A stretch of 64,000 nucleotides of DNA from an uncultured Planctomycetia bacterium (GTDB lineage: Bacteria > Omnitrophota > Gorgyraeia > 1-14-0-20-64-10), in assembly GCA_964373715.1 (NCBI GenBank), contig CAYJVR010000004.1, forward strand, positions 25,255-89,254. Direction: 5' to 3'. Of the stretch, positions 47,395 through 57,011 are shown piece by piece. Position numbers and translations under genes: made by a program. The notes below the pieces were generated by a model. The model was not told where the DNA came from. It was given only the letters and a program-made list of their open reading frames with translations, and did not search any database. Within the stretch, counting starts at the first letter, position 1. Every line of letters starts with the position of its first letter.

Positions 47395-48257
47395 GTTCCC
47401 GCTTTGAGTCCTATCCATGTAAAGAGGAAAAAACTGACGCTGATCCACCCGTTGACGGTGAAAAAGGCCTTGTTGATCCGATCCAAGCGGCTCGGGCCCA
47501 CCAACTGGTGCTCGTAAAAAAGGAGCCCAGCCACGATGGCTAAACCCACCCAAAACCAAAGTCCCTGCCCTGCCTGAAAACCGAACCGACTGAAGCAGAG
47601 AACGGTCGCGATATGGCACAGGCGGGAGGCGGTAAGGGCCCCGTGGAGCCCAAAACGCTGTGGAATTGAATATACGCCGTGCCGGCGATCAAAGTCAAGG
47701 TCTAACAGGGCGTAAAGAATGTCGAAACCGGCCACCCAGAACAAAACACCGAAAAAGAGGGGCAGGACGGCCGGATCCCATCTGCCGGTCACCGCCAGCC
47801 AGCCCCCTACCGGCGCAGATCCCAGCACCATCCCCAGGCCGAAATGGCAGGCCCACGTGAACCGCTTCAGGCAAGGATAGACAGCCAGCAGAAAAACGGC
47901 GACGGGGGACAGTTTGAAGCAGAGAGGATTAAGGCGACCGGCGGCCAACAAAAGGACAAACGCTCCGGCAACAGCGATCAGAAAAAGAACGGGCCCTTTG
48001 ACTCGCCCGGTGGATGTCGGCCAATTCAGAGTTCGGGGATTCAGCCGGTCGATTGACCGGTCAAGTAACCGGTTGATCGACATCCCGGCGGTCCGGGCTC
48101 CCACCATTGCCAACGTCACCCAGCCGACAGTGCCCCATGCCGGAGATCCTCCAGCCGCCACCCAAAGTCCCACGTAAGCAAACGGCAGCGCAAAGATCGT
48201 GTGTTCAAGCTTTAAAGCTTCAACAATGTCCGAAATCTTCGCCATCAGTCCTGCCAA
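47391..48257 (-). CDS. UbiA-family aromatic prenyltransferase (MqnP / menaquinone-type)
   Basis: 288 aa polytopic membrane protein with UbiA Asp-rich motifs (NRLLDRSIDRLNPRT, YALLDLDFDRRHG). Confidence 0.75.
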   Translation of the reverse strand: MAGLMAKISDIVEALKLEHTIFALPFAYVGLWVAAGGSPAWGTVGWVTLAMVGARTAGMSINRLLDRSIDRLNPRTLNWPTSTGRVKGPVLFLIAVAGAFVLLLAAGRLNPLCFKLSPVAVFLLAVYPCLKRFTWACHFGLGMVLGSAPVGGWLAVTGRWDPAVLPLFFGVLFWVAGFDILYALLDLDFDRRHGVYSIPQRFGLHGALTASRLCHIATVLCFSRFGFQAGQGLWFWVGLAIVAGLLFYEHQLVGPSRLDRINKAFFTVNGWISVSFFLFTWIGLKAGT

Positions 48258-48667
48258 ATCCGGTCACGGGGAGCTAAAAAGAATCCGATTCCCGCGGCCG
48301 CTATCAAACCAAAAAACAGGTAAAAAGCGATCGCAAACCACATCCTCGTGTCCGCGGCTCCGATCGAGAACTTGATAAAACCCTGGACAACCGCGTATAA
48401 ACAAATCAGGAGCTGAACGGCAAGAAGCAGAACACTAAATACCCTGCCCACCGGCCAAACCGTCAGGACAAGAATCCCCGCGACGGCCATCAGAACGCCG
48501 TAAATCAGGACCGGGATAAAAACCATAGCACCAAACCCGCTCACCAGCTTATAGCCGCTGAACAGGTCCCCTAACCCGAGAAAGATACCCGGCGCGATGC
48601 ACAAAATACCCCACAACAACTCCATGAGCCCGGCTGTCTGGTCTTTATCTTTTCGGGAGGGTTCCAT
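48245..48667 (-). CDS. small integral membrane protein, unknown function
   Basis: 140 aa, 4 predicted TM helices, no recognisable motif. Located between ubiD and ubiA. Confidence 0.4.
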   Translation of the reverse strand: MEPSRKDKDQTAGLMELLWGILCIAPGIFLGLGDLFSGYKLVSGFGAMVFIPVLIYGVLMAVAGILVLTVWPVGRVFSVLLLAVQLLICLYAVVQGFIKFSIGAADTRMWFAIAFYLFFGLIAAAGIGFFLAPRDRIWQD

Positions 48668-48685
48668 ATTCAGCGGCGGTAAAAC

Positions 48686-50125
48686 CTATAAACCGTATTC
48701 CGCCCAGCGGCGGGAGACCTTCTCCCGGATTTCCGGACTCATCTCAATCACATCCGGCCACGGCCTGGGATGCCCCTCTTCCGGCATTTTGCGAGTCGCG
48801 TCGATCCCCATCTTGGAGCCGTAGTTCCACTCGGCGGAAGCGTGATTCAGCGTGTCCACCGGACCTTCCACGAAGAAACAATCCCTCTTGGGGTCAATGT
48901 TCATGAAGGAAAGCCAAACCACTTCGCTGAGATTGTGGACGTCGACCCAGTCATCCACCACGATCACGACTTTGGTGAACATCGCCTGGCCCAGGCCCCA
49001 CAGGGCGTGGGCCACCTTGCGGGCCTGGCCCGGATATTTCTTCCGGATCGAGACGATCACCGCGTTGTTGAAGATCCCCTCCGCAGGAAAATTCATGTCG
49101 ATGATCTCCGGGACCATCTTTTGGATCAGCGGCAGGAAAACCCTCTCGGTGGTCTTCCCGAGCCAGAGGTCTTCCATCGGGGGCTTGCCCACAATCGTGG
49201 TCAGATAGACCGGATTGCGCCGATGGGTGATCGCCGTCACCCGCATCACCGGATATGGTTCGGCCAGCGAATAATAGCCGGTGTGGTCGCCGAACGGCCC
49301 CTCCTCCCGGCGCGGCCCCACCTCCACCTCCCCCTCGATCACAATCTCCGCATGGGCCGGCACCTCCAGGTTCACTGTCACCGCCTTGACCAGCTCCACC
49401 GGTTCTTTCCGGAGAAACCCGGCAAACAGATATTCGTCGATCTCCGGAGGAAGCGGCGCGCTGGAGACATAGACGCTTGCCGGATCGCCGCCGATGGCGA
49501 TAGCGACCGGCATCTTCTCCCCTCTCACGTAGCCGCGCCAGTGGTCGGCCCCGTCCTTATGAAGCTGCCAGTGCATCCCGAGCGTCCGGTCATCGAAAAC
49601 CTGAAGACGGTAGAGCCCGACGTTGCGGCGGCCGGTTTGCTTGCTGCGGGTGACCGTGGCGCCGAGCGTGATGTATTTTCCGGCGTCGAGAGGCCAGCAT
49701 TTCAGGATCGGCAATAGCGATAAGGACAAGTTATCCCTGATCACGACCTCTTGGCAGGGGGCCTTCAAGACCATCTTCGGCGGGAATTGGGCCATCTCGG
49801 CCAGCTTCGGCAGAAGCGAAAGTTTTTCCAGCAGGCCTGTGGGATTCGGGATCTCCATCAGCTTCTCGATCCGGGCCGGGATCTCGTTCAGGTCGTTGAC
49901 GCCAAGGGCCAGTTGCATACGCCTTTTCGTGCCGAACAGGTTGATCGCCAGCGGAATCGAGGAGCCGTTCACCTTCTCGAAAAGGAGGGCCGGCCCTTCC
50001 TTCTTGATCAACCGATCGGCGATCTCGGTGATCTCCAGCTCCGGGTCAACCGGCGCCTTGATCCTTTTGAGTTCTCCCCTTTTCTCCAGCTCCGCGATGA
50101 ATTCCTGCAGGTTCTTAAAAGCCAT
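48686..50125 (-). CDS. ubiD: UbiD-family (prFMN-dependent) decarboxylase
   Basis: 479 aa, UbiD-typical architecture and motifs (...IAIGGDP..., ...EGPFGDHTGYY...). Confidence 0.85.
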   Translation of the reverse strand: MAFKNLQEFIAELEKRGELKRIKAPVDPELEITEIADRLIKKEGPALLFEKVNGSSIPLAINLFGTKRRMQLALGVNDLNEIPARIEKLMEIPNPTGLLEKLSLLPKLAEMAQFPPKMVLKAPCQEVVIRDNLSLSLLPILKCWPLDAGKYITLGATVTRSKQTGRRNVGLYRLQVFDDRTLGMHWQLHKDGADHWRGYVRGEKMPVAIAIGGDPASVYVSSAPLPPEIDEYLFAGFLRKEPVELVKAVTVNLEVPAHAEIVIEGEVEVGPRREEGPFGDHTGYYSLAEPYPVMRVTAITHRRNPVYLTTIVGKPPMEDLWLGKTTERVFLPLIQKMVPEIIDMNFPAEGIFNNAVIVSIRKKYPGQARKVAHALWGLGQAMFTKVVIVVDDWVDVHNLSEVVWLSFMNIDPKRDCFFVEGPVDTLNHASAEWNYGSKMGIDATRKMPEEGHPRPWPDVIEMSPEIREKVSRRWAEYGL

Positions 50126-50958
50126 CAGCCTTTGACTCCCGTATAAAGGACCACGATGTTCCCGTTGAACGATTCCGCGCGCGCCTGGGCAAAACCGGCC
50201 CTCTTAAGCCGTTCAAGGACACCCTCCGGCGGCATAAAGCGGAGGATCGAACGCCGAAGATAGGTGAACGGCCAGAAACTGCCGGTCGTCAGGAACCCGG
50301 CCGACGGCAGGCCGGCGGTCAGCCATAGCCAATGCCCTATCCTCAGAAAAAGATTTTTCGGACGGCCGAACTCAAGAAGGCCGATCCGTCCTCCCGGCTT
50401 CAAAACGCGGTGCAGTTCCAGGAAAGTCTGCTCCAGGTCGGTCACGTTGCGCAGAGCAAAGCCGATCGTCGCCGCGTCGAAACTGCCGTCTTCAAACGGA
50501 AGGGCCTCCGCCCTCCCCTGAATAAGCCGGACATGCCACCGGGCAGCCGGGACCCGCTCAAATTTCCGCCCGGCATACTTAAGCATATCGCCCGAAACGT
50601 CGCAGGCCGCCACCAGCCCCAATGGAGCAAGCGTCTCGGCCTGAAGGCAGGCAAGGTCCCCGGTTCCGCTGGCCAGGTCGAGCACCCGCATGCTCGGCTT
50701 CAGCTGCAGGCTCCGGACTGCGCTGCGCCGCCATCCCTGGTCCATCCCGAAACTGGAAAGTTTGTTGAACAGGTCGTACTGGGGGGAGATTTTGTCGAAC
50801 AATCCCCGGATGAAGCTGTCCTTATTTCTTCCGGCGGCCGGGCTGTTTGGTGAGGAGGAGGACCCCTTTGGCGTCATCAAAGCAGACCTGATAGCGTCTG
50901 AAGAAATCCCTTCGTCCAAGGAGGTTAAACGCGACATCGAAATCCCGAGGTACTCCAA
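50125..50958 (-). CDS. ubiE: demethylmenaquinone / ubiquinone C-methyltransferase
   Basis: FDKISPQYDLFNKLSSFGMDQGWRR is the UbiE/MenG signature. SAM motif VLDLASGTGD. The start is probably internal (MTPKG...). TGATG overlap with ubiD. Confidence 0.8.
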   Translation of the reverse strand: MEYLGISMSRLTSLDEGISSDAIRSALMTPKGSSSSPNSPAAGRNKDSFIRGLFDKISPQYDLFNKLSSFGMDQGWRRSAVRSLQLKPSMRVLDLASGTGDLACLQAETLAPLGLVAACDVSGDMLKYAGRKFERVPAARWHVRLIQGRAEALPFEDGSFDAATIGFALRNVTDLEQTFLELHRVLKPGGRIGLLEFGRPKNLFLRIGHWLWLTAGLPSAGFLTTGSFWPFTYLRRSILRFMPPEGVLERLKRAGFAQARAESFNGNIVVLYTGVKG

Positions 50959-51235
50959 AGGTGACCGAAAGCCGTTCTTTGCCTATTTTCACCCAGAGCC
51001 TGTGCAGGGTGATCCTCTGGGTCCTTCCGCCGCTGGTGGTGACAGGCAGCCCGCGCGCCTTGATCTTCAAGAGGCCGAGGCGCCGGGCATCAACGACGGT
51101 TAAAACGCTGTAGGCGGCGCCTGAGTCGACGTAGGCCCATACCCTCTTCCACCGGTGGCCGCCCAGCACCTTGATGGAGATAATGGGAGCTGCGCCTCCC
51201 ATGTAATGCCTGTAGGGTAACCGGATTATGGGCAA
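50822..51235 (-). CDS. retropepsin-like (clan AA) aspartic protease domain protein
   Basis: 137 aa with YVDSGAAYSVL (D-S/T-G-A catalytic motif). Overlaps the 5' region of the ubiE ORF in another frame. Confidence 0.45.
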   Translation of the reverse strand: MPIIRLPYRHYMGGAAPIISIKVLGGHRWKRVWAYVDSGAAYSVLTVVDARRLGLLKIKARGLPVTTSGGRTQRITLHRLWVKIGKERLSVTFGVPRDFDVAFNLLGRRDFFRRYQVCFDDAKGVLLLTKQPGRRKK

Positions 51236-51287
51236 TTTTGTTCTAAAACTCTAACCGGCTCACGATACCACAGCCCGGAAAGCCGGG

Positions 51288-53405
51288 TCAATGGCCCGTG
51301 GTTTTGCCGATCGCGGCGAGGGTCTCCCGGCAGAGAAACCGGATCTCCTCTTGATTGATTGCCAACGGCGGAATAATCACGATCACATTGCCCAGAGGAC
51401 GCAGGAGGATCCCGCGGGTCCGCAGGACTTGGCAAACCCGGATGCTAGCCTTCTTCTCAAGCGGGTACGGGGCCGCCGTTTTCTTGTCGGCCACCAGCTC
51501 AATGCCGGCCATTAATCCCCTCTGCCGGACCTCGCCGACGTGCGGATGGCTCTCAAATGCTTTCAACTCCCACGCCAGCGCCCGAATCTTTGGCTGGAGG
51601 TTCTTCAGCACTTTCTCCCGCCTGAAGATCTTCAGGCTCTCCAGCGCCACAGCGCAGGCCAGCGGATTTCCAGTATAGCTGTGGCCGTGGAAAAAGGTCC
51701 GGGAGGAGGCGTAAGGCCCGAGGAACCCTTTGTAAACTTTTTCGGTTGTGAGCGTCGCCGCCAGCGGAAGATATCCACCGCTAATCCCCTTCGCCACGCA
51801 CAGAAAATCAGGCCGGACATTCTCCTGTTCGCAGGCTAACATCGTACCGGTCCGGCCGAAGCCGACCGCCACTTCGTCTGCAATCAGAAAGATGCCGTAT
51901 TTCCGGCAGAGCCTCCCGACCTCCTTAAGCCACCCCTTGGGCTGAACGATCATGCCGGAGGCCCCCTGCACCAACGGCTCCACCACGAGGCCGGCCGCCT
52001 CCCTATGGTGCTTTCTCATCACCTTCTCAAGCGCCCTCAATGAATCAGCGCCGCTGACTCCCCGATACGGGTACGGGGCCGGCACCTTGAACCCTTTAAA
52101 AAGCAGAGGCCCGTAAACCTGATGGAAAAGATCGATCCCTCCAACCGAGACCGAACCAACTGTATCTCCGTGATAGGCGTTGACGAAATGGATGAACTTC
52201 TTCCGGCGGGGCTGTCCGTTCTGCTGGCAGTATTGGAAGGCCATTTTCAGCGCGATCTCCACCGCAGTGGAGCCGCTGTCGGAATAAAAAACTCGCTTTA
52301 AGTTTTGAGGAGCAACTTTGAGCAGCTCGTCAGCCAGTTCAATGGAAGGAATATTGCCGGCCCCCAGAAGTGTGGAATGAGCAACCTTCTCAAGCTGTTC
52401 ACGTAGGGCTCTGTCTAAATCCGGATGCCGGTGCCCGTGCAGGTTCACCCAGAGGGAGGACACTCCGTCCAGATATTTATTTCCCCGCGTATCGCGCAGA
52501 TAAACCCCTTGCGCCGATTCCACAATAAGAGGTTCACCCTGTTCCCACTCCTGCATCTGGGTAAAAGGGTGCCAGACCGTTTTCCGGTCAATCCGGGAGA
52601 GGCGCTTCGCCTCCGGCAACGGCAGGCGTTCCTCTTTCTTTTTCAACCGGCTGAGGATCTCCTCTACCTCGATAAAGGAGGCCGCCGTCGAAGGGGACGG
52701 TTTCGCCATTTGGGGAACAATCCCCAGGATCGGGATATCCCCGAGCCGGCGGATCACGTCGGGATTGGTCCTCTCCGAAAGGGACGGCGTGGCCGACCGG
52801 CCGTTTAATACAACACCGATGACGTTCAATCCCTCGGAACGGGCCGCCTTCAGCGTCAGTAAAGTATGGTTGATCGTCCCCAGCCCCGCCCGGGCGACGA
52901 TGAGGATCGGCAGGTCGAGACGCCTCGCCAAATCCGCCACTGTGCTCTTTTTATCGAGCGGAACGAGAAGCCCGCCGATCCCTTCCACGAGAACGATCTC
53001 ATGTTTTCGGGCAAGCATATCGAACGATTGTTTAATTCGATCCAGCGAGATTTCTTTGATTGCCCTCACCCTGTTCCCTCCCCCGTCTCGGGAGAGGGTG
53101 GGGGTGAGGGTAAGGGCAACAAGCGGGGCGACCGGCGGCTCGAACCGGTACGGAGAGACCAGTTCGTGCGGATCAGCAACGCCGGAGGAAGCAGTTAAAA
53201 CGCGGGCGTCTTCCGAGACCAGCAATCCGTTTTCCTTAAGACAGCCTGTCGCCACCGGCTTCATCACACCGACATCCATTCCTCGGCGCCGGAAGGCGGC
53301 GGCAAGCGCCGCCGTGACGAACGTCTTGCCTACCTCGGTATCGGTCCCTGTGATGAAAAGACCGGGGCACGGAACAGGGGGCGCGGGGCGAGAAAAGCGA
53401 GGCAT
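51288..53405 (-). CDS. bioDA: BioD-BioA fusion: dethiobiotin synthetase plus adenosylmethionine-8-amino-7-oxononanoate aminotransferase
   Basis: N-terminal ITGTDTEVGKTFVTAAL (BioD P-loop). C-terminal class-III aminotransferase with PLP lysine region FLIADEVAVGFGRTGTMLACEQENVRPDFLCVAKGISGGYLP. Confidence 0.85.
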   Translation of the reverse strand: MPRFSRPAPPVPCPGLFITGTDTEVGKTFVTAALAAAFRRRGMDVGVMKPVATGCLKENGLLVSEDARVLTASSGVADPHELVSPYRFEPPVAPLVALTLTPTLSRDGGGNRVRAIKEISLDRIKQSFDMLARKHEIVLVEGIGGLLVPLDKKSTVADLARRLDLPILIVARAGLGTINHTLLTLKAARSEGLNVIGVVLNGRSATPSLSERTNPDVIRRLGDIPILGIVPQMAKPSPSTAASFIEVEEILSRLKKKEERLPLPEAKRLSRIDRKTVWHPFTQMQEWEQGEPLIVESAQGVYLRDTRGNKYLDGVSSLWVNLHGHRHPDLDRALREQLEKVAHSTLLGAGNIPSIELADELLKVAPQNLKRVFYSDSGSTAVEIALKMAFQYCQQNGQPRRKKFIHFVNAYHGDTVGSVSVGGIDLFHQVYGPLLFKGFKVPAPYPYRGVSGADSLRALEKVMRKHHREAAGLVVEPLVQGASGMIVQPKGWLKEVGRLCRKYGIFLIADEVAVGFGRTGTMLACEQENVRPDFLCVAKGISGGYLPLAATLTTEKVYKGFLGPYASSRTFFHGHSYTGNPLACAVALESLKIFRREKVLKNLQPKIRALAWELKAFESHPHVGEVRQRGLMAGIELVADKKTAAPYPLEKKASIRVCQVLRTRGILLRPLGNVIVIIPPLAINQEEIRFLCRETLAAIGKTTGH

Positions 53406-53413
53406 GCGGCCGG

Positions 53414-54835
53414 CTAAGCGTTTGCCGTTCTTAAAGGGGGTTTGCCTGAAACGGTGAATTCCGTCGGCGGAACAACACCGATGAAATCGTCGCTGGAAGC
53501 GCCCCGCATAATGGCCGAGGCGATAACTCCGGTGGCGGCAGTGGTCACAGAGTTCAAAGTAGAAAAGATCGCCGGGATATTCGCGCTCGCGTAGGGCGCG
53601 GCGGAAGGCCCGTAGAGCCTCTGGAGCGTCACCGTATGCCCGTACAGGTCATCCGCCCTGGCCTGCAAAGAGGCCCGCTCCGCCGGATCGGAAAAGGACG
53701 CGGCCATCTCTCTCATGAAAAGGACGAGGCCGTAAGCGGCCTCCAGTTGAAAGATCAACTCCAGCTTGCCTCTGTGCTGCGGCGGGACATCCACAAACGG
53801 GTCCTGGAAAGTGGCCTGGAAATAATAAACCCCCTCGATCTTGCCGTCCGGCGAGAAACCGTTTGGGGCGTCCTCTATATGGGCAAACGGCGTGCGGGTG
53901 AGAAATTTCTCTTGAACGAACTTCAGCGACGAGCGGACCATGTCTGTGTCGTAAGGAACGTAAATGTGGGCCGCCCAGGTGTTGTTATCCACCGCGATGC
54001 TGGGATTCCCGTCCGTGCCCAAATAGAACTTCCCTCGGCCGTCCATCGCCGAAACGAAATGGTCCTTCTGCCAGAAAGCCCGCTGTATCCCCCGCATCAG
54101 CAAATCATGGCGGTGGATCAGCTCCTCCATGAATTTCGTCTCCTGCGGGGTGAAACGCTTGGCAGCGCGGAAAGCGAGCCTTAAAGTCCCGGCGATGTCA
54201 GCGTTATGCTCCAAGATGATGTGTTCGTATTGCTCGTTGGCCCGGTCTTGATAAACCTTATAGCCCATCTGGTTGCTGCCCCGGCCCAAATCGTCCGGGT
54301 TATGCAGACCGGCGCGGAACAAACCGCAGCGGGGATCGCCGGGATCGGTGACCTGCTGGCTGAAAAGGAAGGTCTGAACAGCCCGGTTTATCCAGGAGAG
54401 GGCTGAGGTGTCGCCTGAGGCCAAAATGAACGAGTAGATCGCGTTCAGGCACCAGGAGTTGGCGCCCGTCGGGCCGCGGGGGTCAATGAAAGAATCTTCC
54501 CTGGTGTTATAGGAGAAATGCCAAAGACCTTTATAGCCCTTCGATTCCTCCTGAAGGGCCAGCTGCATCGCCCGCCCCACCTGATAGCCGGCCTGGCGGA
54601 TCCGGCCGGCTTTAATATCGGCATAGATGCTTAAAGCGACGTCGTAGATCCAGAGCCGACCGAACCGGGCGACAAACTTGGAGTCCGGATGATTCGGGTC
54701 GTCTTTATAACTGTACCTCAAACCCTGGAAATCAAAACCGACCTGGTCATTCACGCTCGGCTGTAAAATTCGCTGCCGGTCGAGAAAAACCAGGCCTTCC
54801 TTTAAGTGCATGGCGCTGAGTTCAGCGAGTGTCAT
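53414..54835 (-). CDS. hypothetical protein, possibly (alpha/alpha)6 six-hairpin glycosidase-like, embedded in bio operon
   Basis: 473 aa, no confident motif. Translationally coupled (ATGA) to the bioF stop and 9 nt from the bioDA start. Confidence 0.45.
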   Translation of the reverse strand: MTLAELSAMHLKEGLVFLDRQRILQPSVNDQVGFDFQGLRYSYKDDPNHPDSKFVARFGRLWIYDVALSIYADIKAGRIRQAGYQVGRAMQLALQEESKGYKGLWHFSYNTREDSFIDPRGPTGANSWCLNAIYSFILASGDTSALSWINRAVQTFLFSQQVTDPGDPRCGLFRAGLHNPDDLGRGSNQMGYKVYQDRANEQYEHIILEHNADIAGTLRLAFRAAKRFTPQETKFMEELIHRHDLLMRGIQRAFWQKDHFVSAMDGRGKFYLGTDGNPSIAVDNNTWAAHIYVPYDTDMVRSSLKFVQEKFLTRTPFAHIEDAPNGFSPDGKIEGVYYFQATFQDPFVDVPPQHRGKLELIFQLEAAYGLVLFMREMAASFSDPAERASLQARADDLYGHTVTLQRLYGPSAAPYASANIPAIFSTLNSVTTAATGVIASAIMRGASSDDFIGVVPPTEFTVSGKPPLRTANA

Positions 54836-56073
54836 GTGTGCGGCAACCCTACGTTTTGAGAACCCGCGGCCGGAGCCTTTTCAAGACAGACTCTTATTGT
54901 CTCATCTTTAGACAGCTTTTTAAAGATATCTAAAGCTACCTTAATATCCGCCTCTTCATGAAGCGCCGTCAGACTCGTCCGTATGCGGCACGCACCGGCC
55001 GGCACCGTCGGAGGCCGGATGCCTGGCGCATAGACGCCGGCCTCTAAAAGGAGGCGGGCCATCCGCATCGTCCCGTTATTATCCCCGGTCCACACGGGAA
55101 CGATCTGGCTCTCGGCCGACATCAACCGGTAGCCGGCCTCCCGAAGGCCCGCCACCCAGATCCGGACGTTCCTAAAAAGGTTCTCGCGCAGAGAAGGCTC
55201 CTGCTCCAGAACAGCCAGCCCTTCCAGAGCGGCGGCAAGAGATGCTGGCGAGGAAGCGGTCGTGTAAATGAAGGAGCGGGCCTTGTTTTTCAGGTAATCG
55301 ATCACCACCTTCGGCCCGGCTACAAAACCCCCCACAGACCCCAGGGCCTTGGACAATGTCCCCATCTGGAGGATCTCCTCGGTGGAGATCCCAAAATGCT
55401 CCAGAGATCCCCTTCCGGCGGCGCCCAAAACCCCTGTGCCGTGCGCATCATCCACCAAAAGCCAGGCCCCGGTTCGGCGCGCCACCTCAGCAATATTGGG
55501 CAAAGGAGCGATATCTCCATCCATGGAGAAAACCCCTTCGGTCACGACAAGCACACGCCGGTAGCGCCCGATCCTGCTCTTCAGCGCTTCGCCGAGCCGC
55601 TCCGCGTCGAGATGGGGATAGACGCGGAAAGAGGCCCCGCTCAACCGGCAGGCATCCACGAGGGAGGCGTGGTTCAGATGGTCGCCGATCACAAGGTCTC
55701 CGGGACCAACCAAAGCGGTGATGATCCCGAGGTTCGCCATGTAGCCGGTCGGGAAAACCAGCGCCGCCTCCGCTTGCTTAAAAGCGGCGAGCTTTTCCTC
55801 CAACCGTGCGTGGAGAGAGAGTGTTCCCCCAATTAAACGAGCGGAACCGGATCCGGCGCCGAATTCATCGCACCCCTTTTTCGCAGCGGCAATGACCCGC
55901 GGGTGCAGGTGCAGGCCGAGATAGCCGTTGGAAGCCATATGGATGAGCCAGCGGCCGTCCACGCGAATCCGCCCGCCCCGGACCTCCTCGACCTCACTGC
56001 AGGAGCGGTAAAGGTTTTGTTCCCGCAAATTATCTAATTCTTCTTGTAGCACGCTGAATGGCATCATCTTCAA
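54832..56073 (-). CDS. bioF: 8-amino-7-oxononanoate synthase (class II aminotransferase)
   Basis: 413 aa. PLP-lysine region GTLSKALGSVGGFVAG. Resembles BioF/KBL. Confidence 0.8.
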   Translation of the reverse strand: MKMMPFSVLQEELDNLREQNLYRSCSEVEEVRGGRIRVDGRWLIHMASNGYLGLHLHPRVIAAAKKGCDEFGAGSGSARLIGGTLSLHARLEEKLAAFKQAEAALVFPTGYMANLGIITALVGPGDLVIGDHLNHASLVDACRLSGASFRVYPHLDAERLGEALKSRIGRYRRVLVVTEGVFSMDGDIAPLPNIAEVARRTGAWLLVDDAHGTGVLGAAGRGSLEHFGISTEEILQMGTLSKALGSVGGFVAGPKVVIDYLKNKARSFIYTTASSPASLAAALEGLAVLEQEPSLRENLFRNVRIWVAGLREAGYRLMSAESQIVPVWTGDNNGTMRMARLLLEAGVYAPGIRPPTVPAGACRIRTSLTALHEEADIKVALDIFKKLSKDETIRVCLEKAPAAGSQNVGLPHT

Positions 56074-56077
56074 CCCT

Positions 56078-56160
56078 GGGGCATGAGGCTAGAAAAGAGG
56101 CGCGGGGCATGAGACGGGGGAAAAGTCTTTGAAATTCTTTTCCCCCATGCCCCATGTCTC
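56078..56160. promoter_or_regulatory. nested inverted-repeat stem-loop between fabG-like and bioF
   Basis: ggggcatgag ... ggggcatgag-ac-GGGGGAAAAG-tctttgaaatt-CTTTTCCCCC-atgcccc: a 10-bp perfect inner stem with an extended outer stem. No T-run follows. Confidence 0.35.
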
Positions 56161-56171
56161 TTGCCCCGGTT

Positions 56172-56897
56172 TTAAATACGGCTGTCTAACTGAAATACCT
56201 GGCCGGTCACGTTTGTGCACAGATCGGAAAGCAGCCAAACGATGAACGAGGAGGCCGTTTCAACCGAAGAGATCGTCCCGAGAGCCGATTCGCTTTTTGC
56301 CCGCTCCCACGCCTCTTGTGGAATTTTCCGGGTCATCCGGGAATCCACGAAGCCGGGGCAAACAACGTTGGCCGTCACGCCGAAGCGGCCCGCCTCTTTC
56401 GCAACCGACTTCATGTAGCCGATGACGCCGGCCTTCGCGGCGCTGTAATTGGGCTGGCCCAACCGGCCGATAACCCCGGAGAGGGACCCAATCGCGATGA
56501 GTTTCCCTCGCCCTTTTTCCCGCATCACAGGCAGGACCGCCTGCGTCACGGCAAACAGGCTGTTCAGATGGACCGCGATCACCTCATCCCATTCCTGGTC
56601 GGTGATTTTAGCCGCCGTCCGGTCCCGCGTGTTCCCCGCCGAATAAACCAGGCCGTCCAGATGGCCGGCCTGCGCGAGAACGGCCGAGACCAGGTTTCTC
56701 GCCTGCGCCCGGTCGGACAAATCGCTTTTGACCATGAAGACCCCCTGCGACTGAAGCTGCTGGGCCTCCTCCTCAGACTGGAAATAGGAACCGGCCACCC
56801 AGGCCCCGGAATGCAGAGCCTCTTCGGCGACAGCTCGGCCGACGGCGCCGCTGGCGCCGGTAACAAGGATTTTCTTCCCTTCGAGAGAGATATTCAT
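56172..56897 (-). CDS. short-chain dehydrogenase/reductase, FabG-like 3-oxoacyl-ACP reductase
   Basis: TGASGAVG Rossmann motif. Catalytic YSAAK (Y-x3-K). Confidence 0.8.
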   Translation of the reverse strand: MNISLEGKKILVTGASGAVGRAVAEEALHSGAWVAGSYFQSEEEAQQLQSQGVFMVKSDLSDRAQARNLVSAVLAQAGHLDGLVYSAGNTRDRTAAKITDQEWDEVIAVHLNSLFAVTQAVLPVMREKGRGKLIAIGSLSGVIGRLGQPNYSAAKAGVIGYMKSVAKEAGRFGVTANVVCPGFVDSRMTRKIPQEAWERAKSESALGTISSVETASSFIVWLLSDLCTNVTGQVFQLDSRI

Positions 56898-56909
56898 GGG
56901 GAGTAAAAA

Positions 56910-57011
56910 CCGTTAGCCAGTTAACCGGTTTGTCCGTTAAACCCGCTAACTCGCAAACAGGCAAACCCGCTAACCGGATAACCCGCTAACTCGCCAACCG
57001 GCCAACGATCT
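56910..57011. repeat. dispersed intergenic repeat, copy B (abuts bioB stop)
   Basis: ccgttagccagttaaccggtttgtccgttaaacccgctaactcgcaaacaggcaaacccgctaaccgg...ccaacgatcttt. Confidence 0.5.

Noticed and set aside
47395-47619. Upstream extension of the ubiX ORF
   Set aside because: It overlaps the ubiA-like gene. UbiX family proteins begin at the MNHPIVAITGASG-type motif.
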